A DNA stretch of 64,000 bases from positions 1 to 64,000 of the forward strand of contig NW_021833847.1 in the NCBI RefSeq assembly GCF_006345805.1. Reading direction: 5' to 3'. Of the stretch, positions 54,220-64,000 are shown in pieces (positions within the stretch are counted from its first letter, which is position 1; each line of letters starts with the position of its first letter). The DNA is from Octopus sinensis (Eukaryota). The notes under the pieces were generated by a model. That model saw only the letters and a program-made list of their open reading frames with translations. It was not told where the DNA came from and did no database searches. Both the position numbers and the translations under genes were made by a program.

Positions 54220-54700
54220 ATAGTAAGCACCCGTCGGTCTCGAAAGACCATGAATACCACCAAAAAAATGGTTCAGCTGCCGATGGTGGCACAGCGTCTG
54301 CTGTGGCTGCAAAGGTACACACGGGAGTTGTAGTGACGCATACTGCATTTGAAGGAGATATCTGCCGGTGCTACTGTGTTTTTCTTCCTTTTTCTTTGGT
54401 GGCGTTTTCCTCTTTCTCTTCTCCTCTCTTCATCCCCTATATATGTCTCCAGTGTGGGCGACCATTTGCGACCATTTGCGACCCCTTCTCACCTCAGGAC
54501 GTCCAGATTAATTGACTTAATATCTCTCTTGCAGCCGTCCTTGAACCGAAGAGGAACTCGTCCTCGTCCCTTGTGCCGGTGGCCAGTTCTTCATACAGGA
54601 GGTCTTTCTTTTGGAAACCTCCCGTCCGGCATGTGGTTTACATGAGCAAACCAGCTCAGACGACTCTGCAGGAACAGAGTGAGTATTCTGAGTAGGAATA
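54220..54700 (-). mobile_element. RTE/BovB-like LINE 3' end
   Basis: QSRLSWFAHVNHMPDGRFPK.LLYEELATGTRGRGRVPLRFKDGCKRDIK..FKCSMRHYNSRVYLCSHSRRC, followed by a 3'UTR atggtctttcgagaccgacgg. Confidence 0.8.
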
Positions 54701-55638
54701 AATGAAGGAATAAATTATATAACCTTTGATTCCTTTACCATCTTAGCTTATTCTTACATCTCTGTACTAGACTAACCTTTTTTTTCTGAAGCATATATAC
54801 AGAAGATTCTTAATATCAGCAAGCAGGCATTTCTTCACCATGTTACGATATTGCACCGTTTTGATTAGCAAAACGATTCACTAACGTAACTTAGAGCTGG
54901 AGGTGTTGCTGAATAGAGTCGATTTAGACATGGCGGACAGTACTAACAAAATATATTGTGCTGACCGAAAATATATGATATCTATATCTCTGCTGGCCTA
55001 AAATATATTACATCTATATCTATATATGTTTATTTCTTTATTGCCCACAAAGGATTAAACACAGAGAGGGACAAGCAATGACAGAGAATGGGATTATGTC
55101 GATTACATCGACCCTAGTGCGTAACTGGTGTTTATTTAATCGATCCTGAGAGGATGGAAAGCAAAGTCGACTTCGGCGGTGCATGATGCCAATGAGGGAG
55201 TGAGAGGAGAAAGAAAAACAAAGAAGCAAAGTAAGGAAGTGGCTGTTTACTTCTCCTCCCCCATCTCATTCGCCACAACGTTATTTGGTAGAGAGAGAAA
55301 TGTTAAAAGTGCGTGTGAGTGAGTTAGGAAGGAAGAGAGAAAGAGAGAGAGGGAGAGTGATAGAATCAGACATAGACTAAAAGAGTGGAACTATTACAGA
55401 GGGTGAGAGAGATTATGTGTAAGCGAGAGAAAGGGAGAATGAGAAAAAGACAGAGAGAAGAGAGAAAGAAACAAAGAGGGAAAACAAATTTCTGTGGCAG
55501 AAGTTGAAAGGGAGAGACGCTGATGTTGTATACTGTATGTATGTACTATAGGTGAAGGTGAAAGAAAGCCAGCGCAAAGAGAGAGAGAGAGAGAAAACGG
55601 AAGGGAAAGAGACGCTGATGTATGATACTGTATGTGTG

Positions 55639-55685
<47 letters not shown>

Positions 55686-55749
55686 CGGTGTTCTGCAATC
55701 GCCATTTATTTCAAAAGATGTCTTGCCAACAATTTGCACATGCAAGTGC

Positions 55750-56150
55750 TACCAGTCGAGAACTCCGCATCCCGGAAGCCAGCCAGTGTATGGTATCATC
55801 AGGAGAGAATTCGCGCCGTTTTGGGGCCTACCTCTCGACGACATCAATGCGCACTGGCCTCCCTCACTGATATGAGGCTCCACTTACTAGATCAACAGGT
55901 TATTGAATAAAGCTCAATAGTCTTCTAGTCATTCCTCATCGTTTCTTTTGAACCAAATCCAGTGGATAGCCTTCTCCACTGTAGTTTGGATATCGTCATG
56001 GTGGTATTGACTTTACAATGAGTTAGGCCTAACGATAACAACAGTCGCCTCACACTGTGTCCAACAAACCCTCTACATCCCACTTCGATTAGAAAATGCC
56101 CAACTTTCCAGCCTGCGTCTTCACATTCCTCGAGGATATTCACGTAACTT
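55750..56150 (-). mobile_element. Hero-type (R2 group) non-LTR 3' end with 3'UTR
   Basis: YVNILEECEDAGWKVGHFLIEVGCRGFVGHSVRRLLLSLGL..DIQTTVEKAIHWIWFKR (after a frameshift) matches the Hero C-terminal EVGCRGF..E.AS.WlW.kR pattern. Confidence 0.7.
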
Positions 56151-56344
56151 TCACTCGTTTTTTCCTTTAATCCCCATTTTAATTTTCAAAATAGTTTCCA
56201 AGAAATATGCTCTCATTCTCTACAAGAAAGGACGTGGTGGGGTACTTATAGATGATTAGCATTCTACAATGAAGCAAAGATGAAGACAGGTGGCCAGAGT
56301 AAGACCCCTGCAAACGACAGCAAAGACAAAAAACGACTGAAGCA

Positions 56345-56625
56345 GATTTGCTGCTGAAGATTCCAACAGCCATTAAGAAGTACAAAATCAGTTGATTCAG
56401 TCCTTGATGAAAATCAAGTTGTCCATTACCAAAAAGAGTTCCTTATTTCTCTTAAGCCGCCTGGAACTCCACCATATAATCGTTTTTCTGAAGGCTGGAG
56501 TCCCAATAATGCTTCTAAGAAGTTTACATCCTCCTAAATTATGCAATGGCACACGGTTGATTGTGAAGACATTACTACCTACTGTGATAGAAGCTACCAT
56601 CATTAATGGACGTGTCACTGAGTAA
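56345..56625 (+). mobile_element. Helitron RepHel PIF1-helicase fragment
   Basis: [71 protein letters not shown], the hallmark PIF1/Helitron motif. Confidence 0.85.
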
Positions 56626-57105
56626 TTAGCAAAAACCTGGACTTGACCCATGATAAAATCTGATGGGAACACAAACCGACCATGGTGCTTGAAAAAAATC
56701 ACATCTCATTCCTCTGGAACTTCACCATTCAAACTGACAGAAAGAGAGCTGCAAATAGGTCAGATATTATATTGAAAGTCTTCAGACAAATAATCTTGCT
56801 TCCTCATTGATATGACAGTCCAAATCGATATAAAAGTATCTGTTAAGACCTACCAAAAACTGAGCAAGTATAAATATCTTGAAATAGAAATTAGCAAAAT
56901 GTGGAACCTGAAGACTAAAACAATATCTATTGTTATAGGTACCTAGGAATGATAGCAGAAGGGGATAATTGCTACCTAGCTCAGATACCAGGAAACCCCA
57001 AACTAGCAGAAATTCAAAATATAGTGCTCATGGGAACTGCCCATATCCTACGTAAAATACTGTGTATGTAAGCGCAAATGTTAAAACAAACACTAATTTC
57101 TTATG
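56626..57105 (+). mobile_element. R4/Dong 3' end (RLE domain and 3'UTR)
   Basis: WEHKPTMVLEKNHISFLWNFTIQTDRKRAANRSDII..LIDMTV..KLSKYKYLEIEISKMWNLKTKTISIVIG..IPGNPKLAEIQNIVLMGTAHILRKILCM*, directly followed by (CTA)n(TAA)n. Confidence 0.85.
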
Positions 57106-57109
57106 GTTT

Positions 57110-57238
<129 letters not shown>

Positions 57239-57905
57239 ATCATAAATCTTAAAAATTTTGGCGCAAGGTCATCATGTTCAGGAGAAGCTGAGCCAGCTGG
57301 TACATATTTTTATCGATCCCGAAAGGATTAGATGCATAGGAGACATCGGATGAACTCAGAATGGAAAGACGGACGAAACGCTACTAAGCGGTTCTTACTC
57401 GACATGCCATCAATTTTGCTCGCTAAATTTTTAACATTATCGCGAAATGTAAAACCCAAGGAAAGAACTTTGCTGAAGGAATGAAAATACTCGCGAATGT
57501 AACGAACATTCTGTTTTATTGGTGCTTGGGAAACACCGAGAGTGCTTGACTAAAGATTTAGATCTAACTAATAACCAACTGCAGTTTACATCGATTACCT
57601 CGCAAAACCACCACCCCAAAAAAACACATATATTCGAGATATTAATCTCTCAGAAAAACTCAAATAAGAATTTTTTAGAACGAAGGTAGATTCCATATCA
57701 GATAAATAACAAACAGTCGCATCACACGACAGATAATAAATAAATAAAGAAAGAAACAATGAAATAAATTGCAAACCTGCTTATGTCTGTTTCATCATGC
57801 CGAGACATGAGAATAATTTATGTATGGCATAACTTATGCTGATGTTCCGGCATGACAAAAGAAAAACAAACAAACATAAAGACACACACATACATAAATA
57901 GTTTA

Positions 57906-57960
57906 TCTATTATATAAAATCCGTTCTGTCTGTCTGTGTGTGTGCCTTCTAGGATCTCGA
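57906..57960 (+). mobile_element. Helitron-like 5' terminus
   Basis: A|TCTATTATATAAAA..GTCTGTCTGTGTGTG resembles the 5' end at 16453. Confidence 0.35.
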
Positions 57961-58519
57961 GCATCCCCCATCCGATTGCGCTCAATCGAGTTATCGAAGT
58001 CGTCACGCTGGTTTAAAGAGGACGAAAGTTGTTACTGAAAGTTGCTCTTCGAGTCCAGTGGTGGTTCGTTGTTTGTGATATCCAGTTTTTGTACAAGCAA
58101 GGAGTTCTCACTGGATTATGAGCTTTGGTCTGCCTGCAGTAGAGCATTTTGTTTTTCTCGCTTAATTCTGACAATTGGTTTTTGGGACGTATCCCGCCTC
58201 CAAACATAATTTCATTTGAGAATTGTGTAATCCTCAATTAATTGTGAGAATTGTTCCTGTGTAATTTCGTGAGATTTAAAATAAAATAATTTCGAGGAAT
58301 TATTGTGAGAAACTGTGTTCCAGTTGAAAGCCGGGAGAACCGTGTGGCCAAAAATGTTTTCGCTGTGTTTTGAACTCTCGCTTTCTCTCTTTTTATTTTT
58401 TAAACGTTGCATTGAACTGTTAATTTTTTGTTTTCTTTTGTTAAGACTTTCTTTTTGTTTTTCTCTTTTATTATTTGATTTTTTGTGAACTGTGCTTTGA
58501 ACTGTTTATTATTTTCACA

Positions 58520-59590
58520 TGGCAAAGAACAAAGATAAACTATGGAATGGGAAATAACACCACCCCAAAAATGGTTGGAGGAATTTGAAAAGAAGATGGT
58601 GGTGTTGAGTACTTACTCAAAGTCGCTCGACACCATTTTGTTTCTTCCTACATATTGTGGGAAGAAGTTGACGAGGGCTTGGGTCTGCGGTTTGCTACCC
58701 GGAATTGAGCCCGAGTGGATATAAGATGCTATCCGCCGGGGTCTAGTTGGCAGCAGTACCAAGCTCCTAAATGAGAAAATTCTGCCTGCGGCTGATTGGG
58801 AGGGGTCAAAAGCTGTTTTGATCCCATGGACTCAAGAGCCGAAAATATGGGATCTCCAGTTTTTAAGAATGGCCGCGTCTAGGTATCCGGTGACGCTTGA
58901 AGTGTCACCTGTGCCTGAAACCGGGCCTTATCAAAAGAATTGCCTCCATGACCAAAATAAGATCCTAGAGCAATTGATAATTATACCTCTCCCTGCTCCG
59001 TCATTGGAAGGAGATAAGGAGGAAGTCGAGGAGGTGGAAACCTCCCGGAAGAAAGGAAAAAAATGAAAGGTAGGCAACAATGGTTGCCTACTGAAGGATC
59101 ATAAGGATCCAAAGGCTGCGGGGAGAAGGGAAGATCTGCTGGACAAATCGGTGGAACACCATCCTGCCGTGGCTCAGGTAAAAAAGGGAAAAATGAAACA
59201 CGGGACATTGCGGGTGGTTTGTGATACACTGCCGGCGTGTCCCGAAGTATCTTCGTTGACAGTTGTGCCACCGAAGGCGGAAACTATAGATCCCTCCCAT
59301 GCTGTGGAGGAGGAGTTTGTGGTCCTCTTGCATAAGGAGAAGGGCAATAGGAAACATCATTAAGAAGTTTAAAAAGAAGGGTCGAAGGGAGTGTATTCTG
59401 TCCTTCACGGAGGACCCTGACTTGTCAACGCAGGTGGCTGCGGAGGTCATACAGGAAACGGATCTGTGCGGGATAATGAACTCCTTCCAGAGGACACTTT
59501 CAATTTTATATTCAAGCTGCCCGACTTGATACCGTCCAGGTGTTTGACCAAGGCGAGAAGTCGGACAAGAAGATTTTTAACTAATTAAAG
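58520..59590 (+). mobile_element. L1/Tx1-like ORF1 (gag-like) remnant with no adjacent ORF2
   Basis: Frameshifted MAKNKDKLWNG../EEFEKKMVVLSTYS..LFLPTYCGKKLTRAWVCGLLPGIEPEWI.., an acidic/basic linker and VAAEVIQE. The assignment rests on recalled similarity to Tx1 ORF1. Confidence 0.4.
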
Positions 59591-59839
59591 TAAGAGGCTT
59601 GGTGTCTCATTTGTATTGTTTCATTGATTTTATGATTGACTTGTGTAAGAGGTTTATTGGCTCATCGATGTTTTACTTTGAACTATGTAAGATGTTTGTT
59701 GCCTCAAATGTGGTATTTATAAAGATCAATGTGCTCGGGTAAACAGCAATCGACGGGCGTTGCGGTTACCTTCATTATTAACCTATCGTTTATCATTTCA
59801 TCTCATTATGTCCTTGTCCAGCTCACAGCTTCCTTTCTT

Positions 59840-60030
59840 TGTAAGGCCGTTATAGCCTTACTCCCAATACAAGAGGGCGCACTCTCTCCTACCCTGATGT
59901 AATCTCCAGGGATACAGACATCCAGCAACAGGACCTCCGTAATGCTATGATGGACCGTGGAGTCTGGTGTAGCATGGTAAATTCCATTGTCTCGACCACG
60001 GTCGACAATGAATGAATGAATGAATGAATG
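59840..60030 (+). mobile_element. RTE-clade LINE extreme 3' end with (TGAA)n tail
   Basis: LSYPDVISRDTDIQQQDLRNAMMDRGVWCSMVNSIVSTTVDNE*, then aatgaatgaatgaatgaatg. Confidence 0.6.
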
Positions 60031-60049
60031 GCCAATTTGATGAATAAAA

Positions 60050-60325
60050 GAAGCTTGCTTCCCAACCATATGGTTCTAGGATACTTGCCACTGCGTAACA
60101 CCTTGGGGGAGTGTCTTCAACTATAACCCAGGGCCGACTAAAGCCTTGTGAGTGGATTTGGTAGACGGAAACTGAAAGAAGCCCCTCTCATGTATGTATA
60201 GATATTTGAATATTGTCTGTTTCGTTCCCCCACCACCGCTTGACAACCGGTGTTGGTGTGTTTACTTCCCCGTAACCTAGTAGTTCGGGAAAAGAAATTG
60301 ATAGAATAAGTACCAGGTTTGAAAA
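60050..60325 (+). mobile_element. SINE type A, diverged
   Basis: gcttgcttcccaaccatatggttc..gccttgtgagtggatttggtagacggaaactgaaagaagccc..cttgacaaccgg. Confidence 0.8.
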
Positions 60326-60487
60326 ATTATATACAGGTCAGCTCTTGTCGAACTGCTAAGTTACGGCCACGTACATGCATACACACTTACAGGTGTATAT
60401 ACCAGGGTTGTATGAAAGTTTTTGAGACTTGAACTCTTGTACCTTCATCATAAGTCCTCTACCATGTTTTGTTAAATATATATATAT

Positions 60488-60656
60488 AGGTGTAGGAGTG
60501 GCTGTGTGGTAAGAAGTTTGCTTGCCAACCACATGGTTCCGGGTTCAGTCCCACTGCGTGGCATCTTGGGCAAGTGTATTCTACTATAGGCTCGGGCCGA
60601 CCAATGCCTTGTGAGTGAATTTGGTAGACAGAAACAGAAAGATGCCCGTCGTATAT

Positions 60657-60700
<44 letters not shown>

Positions 60701-60916
60701 GTGTGTGTGTGTGTGTATGTTTGTCTGTGTTTGTCTCCCCAACATCGCTTGACAACCGATGCTGGTGTGTTTACGTGCCAGTAACTTAGCGGTTCGGCAA
60801 AAGAGCCCGACAGAGTAAGTACTAGACTTACAAAGAATAAGTTCTGGGTCGATTTACTCGACTAAAAAGGCGGTGCTCCAGCATGGCAACAGTCAAATGA
60901 CTGAAACAAGTAAAAG
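60488..60916 (+). mobile_element. SINE type A, full length
   Basis: aggtgtaggagtggctgtgtggtaag head through the gactgaaacaagtaaaag tail, with an internal (TA)/(TG) tract. Confidence 0.9.
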
Positions 60917-60918
60917 CC

Positions 60919-60980
<62 letters not shown>

Positions 60981-60985
<5 letters not shown>

Positions 60986-61253
60986 GTATGGGTATGGGTG
61001 TATAATGATGATTTTAAAAGTTTTCCCTCTAATAAATCAACTCAAAGTGCTCTATTCGGCTTGGCTGTGCAAAATATAACTCTCGGGAGTCAGGACTGAA
61101 CCTGGAACAATGTAGTTGGATAGCAATGTTTTTTACCGCACAGGCACAATTATCCTATGTACATATTGGAACATACATATATATTTGTATATATCCACAT
61201 ATACACCACATCAACACGTATGTGATTTTGTATATTTATACATACATACATAT

Positions 61254-61300
<47 letters not shown>

Positions 61301-61600
61301 TATACTATATATCTATTTATGTATGGGTATGTGTGTGTATAATGGATTTTTAAAAGTTTCCCTCTAATAAATCAACTCAAAGTGCTCTATTCGGACTTGG
61401 CTGTGCAAAATATAACTCTCGGGAGTCAGGACTGAACCTGGAACAATGTAGTTGGATAGCAATGTTTTTTACCGCACAGGCACAATTATCCTATTACATA
61501 TTGGAACATACATATTATTTGTATATATCCACATATAAACCACATCAACACGTATGTGATTTGTTTTATATTTATACATACTACATATATATAGATATAT
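60981..61600. repeat. ~335-bp local tandem duplication bounded by (TA)n
   Basis: tttatgtatgggtatg..ccctctaataaatcaactcaaagtgctc..caggactgaacctggaac..catcaacacgtatgtgat occurs at 60981 and 61316. The copies differ mainly by small indels. Confidence 0.9.
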
Positions 61601-61611
61601 ATATATATATA

Positions 61612-61682
<71 letters not shown>

Positions 61683-63042
61683 GTTTTTTTTTTCGTAGAG
61701 TATATTCCTACAAATACATAAAATTTTTACCTCCCTCAGAGTTCAAGTAATATTGATGCCTTGTCGGGTAACTGGCTTACTGACACCGGATGTCCAACGG
61801 CGCATTGTCATACGCAGAAGCCGGTCACATGAGCTGTAAGACATTCGTCTTCTCCTTCATCACACTGGATTTAGTACTCTGAATAATATAATTTTCTTCC
61901 TATCACTGCTAGTTTAAAAGCAAACGTACCTAGCTCCCTACTCTCGTACAATTTCTTCTACTTCTTCTTTTCCCTCTTCTTCTTCTTCTTCTTTTCTTCT
62001 TCTTCTTCTTCTTCTACTACTTCTACTTCTTATTTTTTTTCTTTATTTCTACCATTACTTCTTGTTTTTTTTTTGTTTGTTGCTCTCCTTTATCATTTTC
62101 TATTTCTTCATTATTTTTATCCCTCTCTTCCTCTCTGCGTTTCTCTCTTGCGATCTCTGTCACAATCTGTGGCATGAATTTCCTCTGTTTTTTAAATATA
62201 TATATTTTTTTATTTCGTCTCCACCTCTAAGAAAATAAAACAAACTACTTGATTCTATATTCAAATGTGATGGCTACATTTCTTAACTTTTGACAGCATA
62301 CCTTGATTCCAACAATAAATTTTTCATACTATAATTTTAATATTCATCTACAATTGCATATTCCTATACATAAATTTATGGAGACAACTCAGAAGTCGTA
62401 ATCAATGTTAATATTTCACTGCTAATTATAAAATGGACCACATATCTATGACAAGGTCAAAAAGATCTCGGCCGGATTAGAAGTGAAAAAGTAAAGAATA
62501 GTAACTAAATACCGGAAATTATTTTGTCGGTGACACTACCGATCCTGTTCGATTGCCACTATTTTTCATGTTATGATAGGAAAAACGCAAATGAGAGGAA
62601 AAACGCAAATAAATTAGATGAAATATTTTGAAATATCAAATATTTAAGCTAATTAAATGCTATTGCTAAAGTATGCAATAACTATATCTACGAGTATCTT
62701 TATTTGAGATTCTGTGTGTTGTAGTTTTTGTAAAGATTATGTTCGCATTGCATCAAAATTTCAAAGGGAGCTGAAAAACAGAAGGCCAGCTAACGGAAGA
62801 CGTGTTTTTTTTTCTCTGGAAATGTCGTCCCCCTACTGAAACACGAATTCCTACTTTAAGATTTCCATTGATGAACATCTTTCCTACAGATATATCGAGT
62901 TCTTTATTCTCTTCAAAAAATGTTTGGCTGTTATGAGTGAAAGCGCTGCAACTCCTTGTGGTGATGACAGACTGAAAGAAATATTCAAAGTATGTCTGAA
63001 ACTTATCATTCCTAAGATTATAACGAAAGATAAGATTATATT

Positions 63043-63275
63043 AAGGCGGCGAACTGGCAGAAACGTTAGCACGCCGGGCGAAATGCGTAGCGGTATTTCG
63101 TCTGCCGTTACGTTCTGAGTTCAAATTCCGCCAAGGTCGACTTTGCATTTCATCCTTTCGGGGTCGATAAATTAAGTACCAGTTACGCACTGGGGTCGAT
63201 ATAATCGACTTGATCCATTTGTCTGTCCTTGTTTGTCTCCTCTGTGTTTAGCCCCTGGTGGGTAGTAAAGAAATA
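63043..63275 (+). mobile_element. SINE type E, full length, with 24-bp TSD
   Basis: TSD TATAACGAAAGATAAGATTATATT at 63019-63042 and 63276-63299. Confidence 0.9.
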
Positions 63276-64000
63276 TATAACGAAAGATAAGATTATATTG
63301 CTCAGAGAAATTAGCACAAAATTGGGAGTAATACATTTATAGTTATTATATTAGCATGAAACACCCGATACTTTCGTGTCTACCGCTGGTTTTGCCACAG
63401 AAGAAACGATACCTGACCTCTTCGAAAAATCTGAGTTTATAATTGATCGAGTGCTCATATGATGTGATCTTGTGTTTCAATATCACAATGAATGCATTTG
63501 GAAAGTTCGAGAAATCTTCCAACGAACTTTTGACTTAAGTTATGATACAAGCGAGAGGATATATTATTAAGGCATCCTACCGGGAAATGAAAAATAATGA
63601 CATCCATATACAATATTACAAAATGACATCTGACACACACATGATTGATTGGAGTTTCTCAATTGTCTACAAAAGATCTGTCTATCAAAACTGCCATGTT
63701 AGATTCACATGCAGTTATATATAAATTTAAATGTTTCAATGCATGAAAATTATTAAAATAAATAAAGTATAAATATATGCTTAACGAGAGTAACTACACT
63801 TCTGCTCAAGGAACAAAATCTCCCTCAAATCACTCACTATCATTGTGCAGAAATTTAGGGCAGATTGATAGTAAAAATGGCTGCTGAGAGTTAAATTTGT
63901 AGGCGAATTCATGGTGCAGAGAGATCCCAATCGGATCACAGTGTGTCTTAGTTGATGGTTTACTTAACTCTGCCCCAAACAGATATAAAACCCACGTAGA

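Noticed and set aside
55785-55835. CTGATGA near a CAAAA in the Hero 3'UTR, considered as a type II hammerhead
   Set aside because: There is no GAAA box, no stem III with a UH triplet, and stem II does not abut the boxes.

Overview
AT-rich, extremely microsatellite-dense eukaryotic DNA. The SINE families, R4/Dong, RTE, Tx1 and mariner remnants and the (TA)n/(ATT)n/(TATC)n load look like an octopod cephalopod genome (Octopus-like); this is recognition from memory, not a database result. No intact protein-coding gene is visible. Almost all ORFs in the supplied track are translations of simple repeats or decayed transposons. The window contains five or more modular tRNA-derived SINE types, several non-LTR retrotransposon remnants (R4/Dong, Hero, RTE, L1/Tx1, Penelope-like), two clear Tc1/mariner remnants (mariner and maT), a hAT-like remnant, Helitron pieces and a TA-flanked MITE. 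The most notable observations are a minimal Penelope-type hammerhead ribozyme motif with an intact core (5391-5425, minus strand) plus two decayed relatives, visible head/body/tail shuffling among SINEs, and a candidate minus-strand start-codon exon (26580-26660). Coordinates of decayed elements are approximate (about +/-20-50 bp) unless TSDs or TIRs are quoted.
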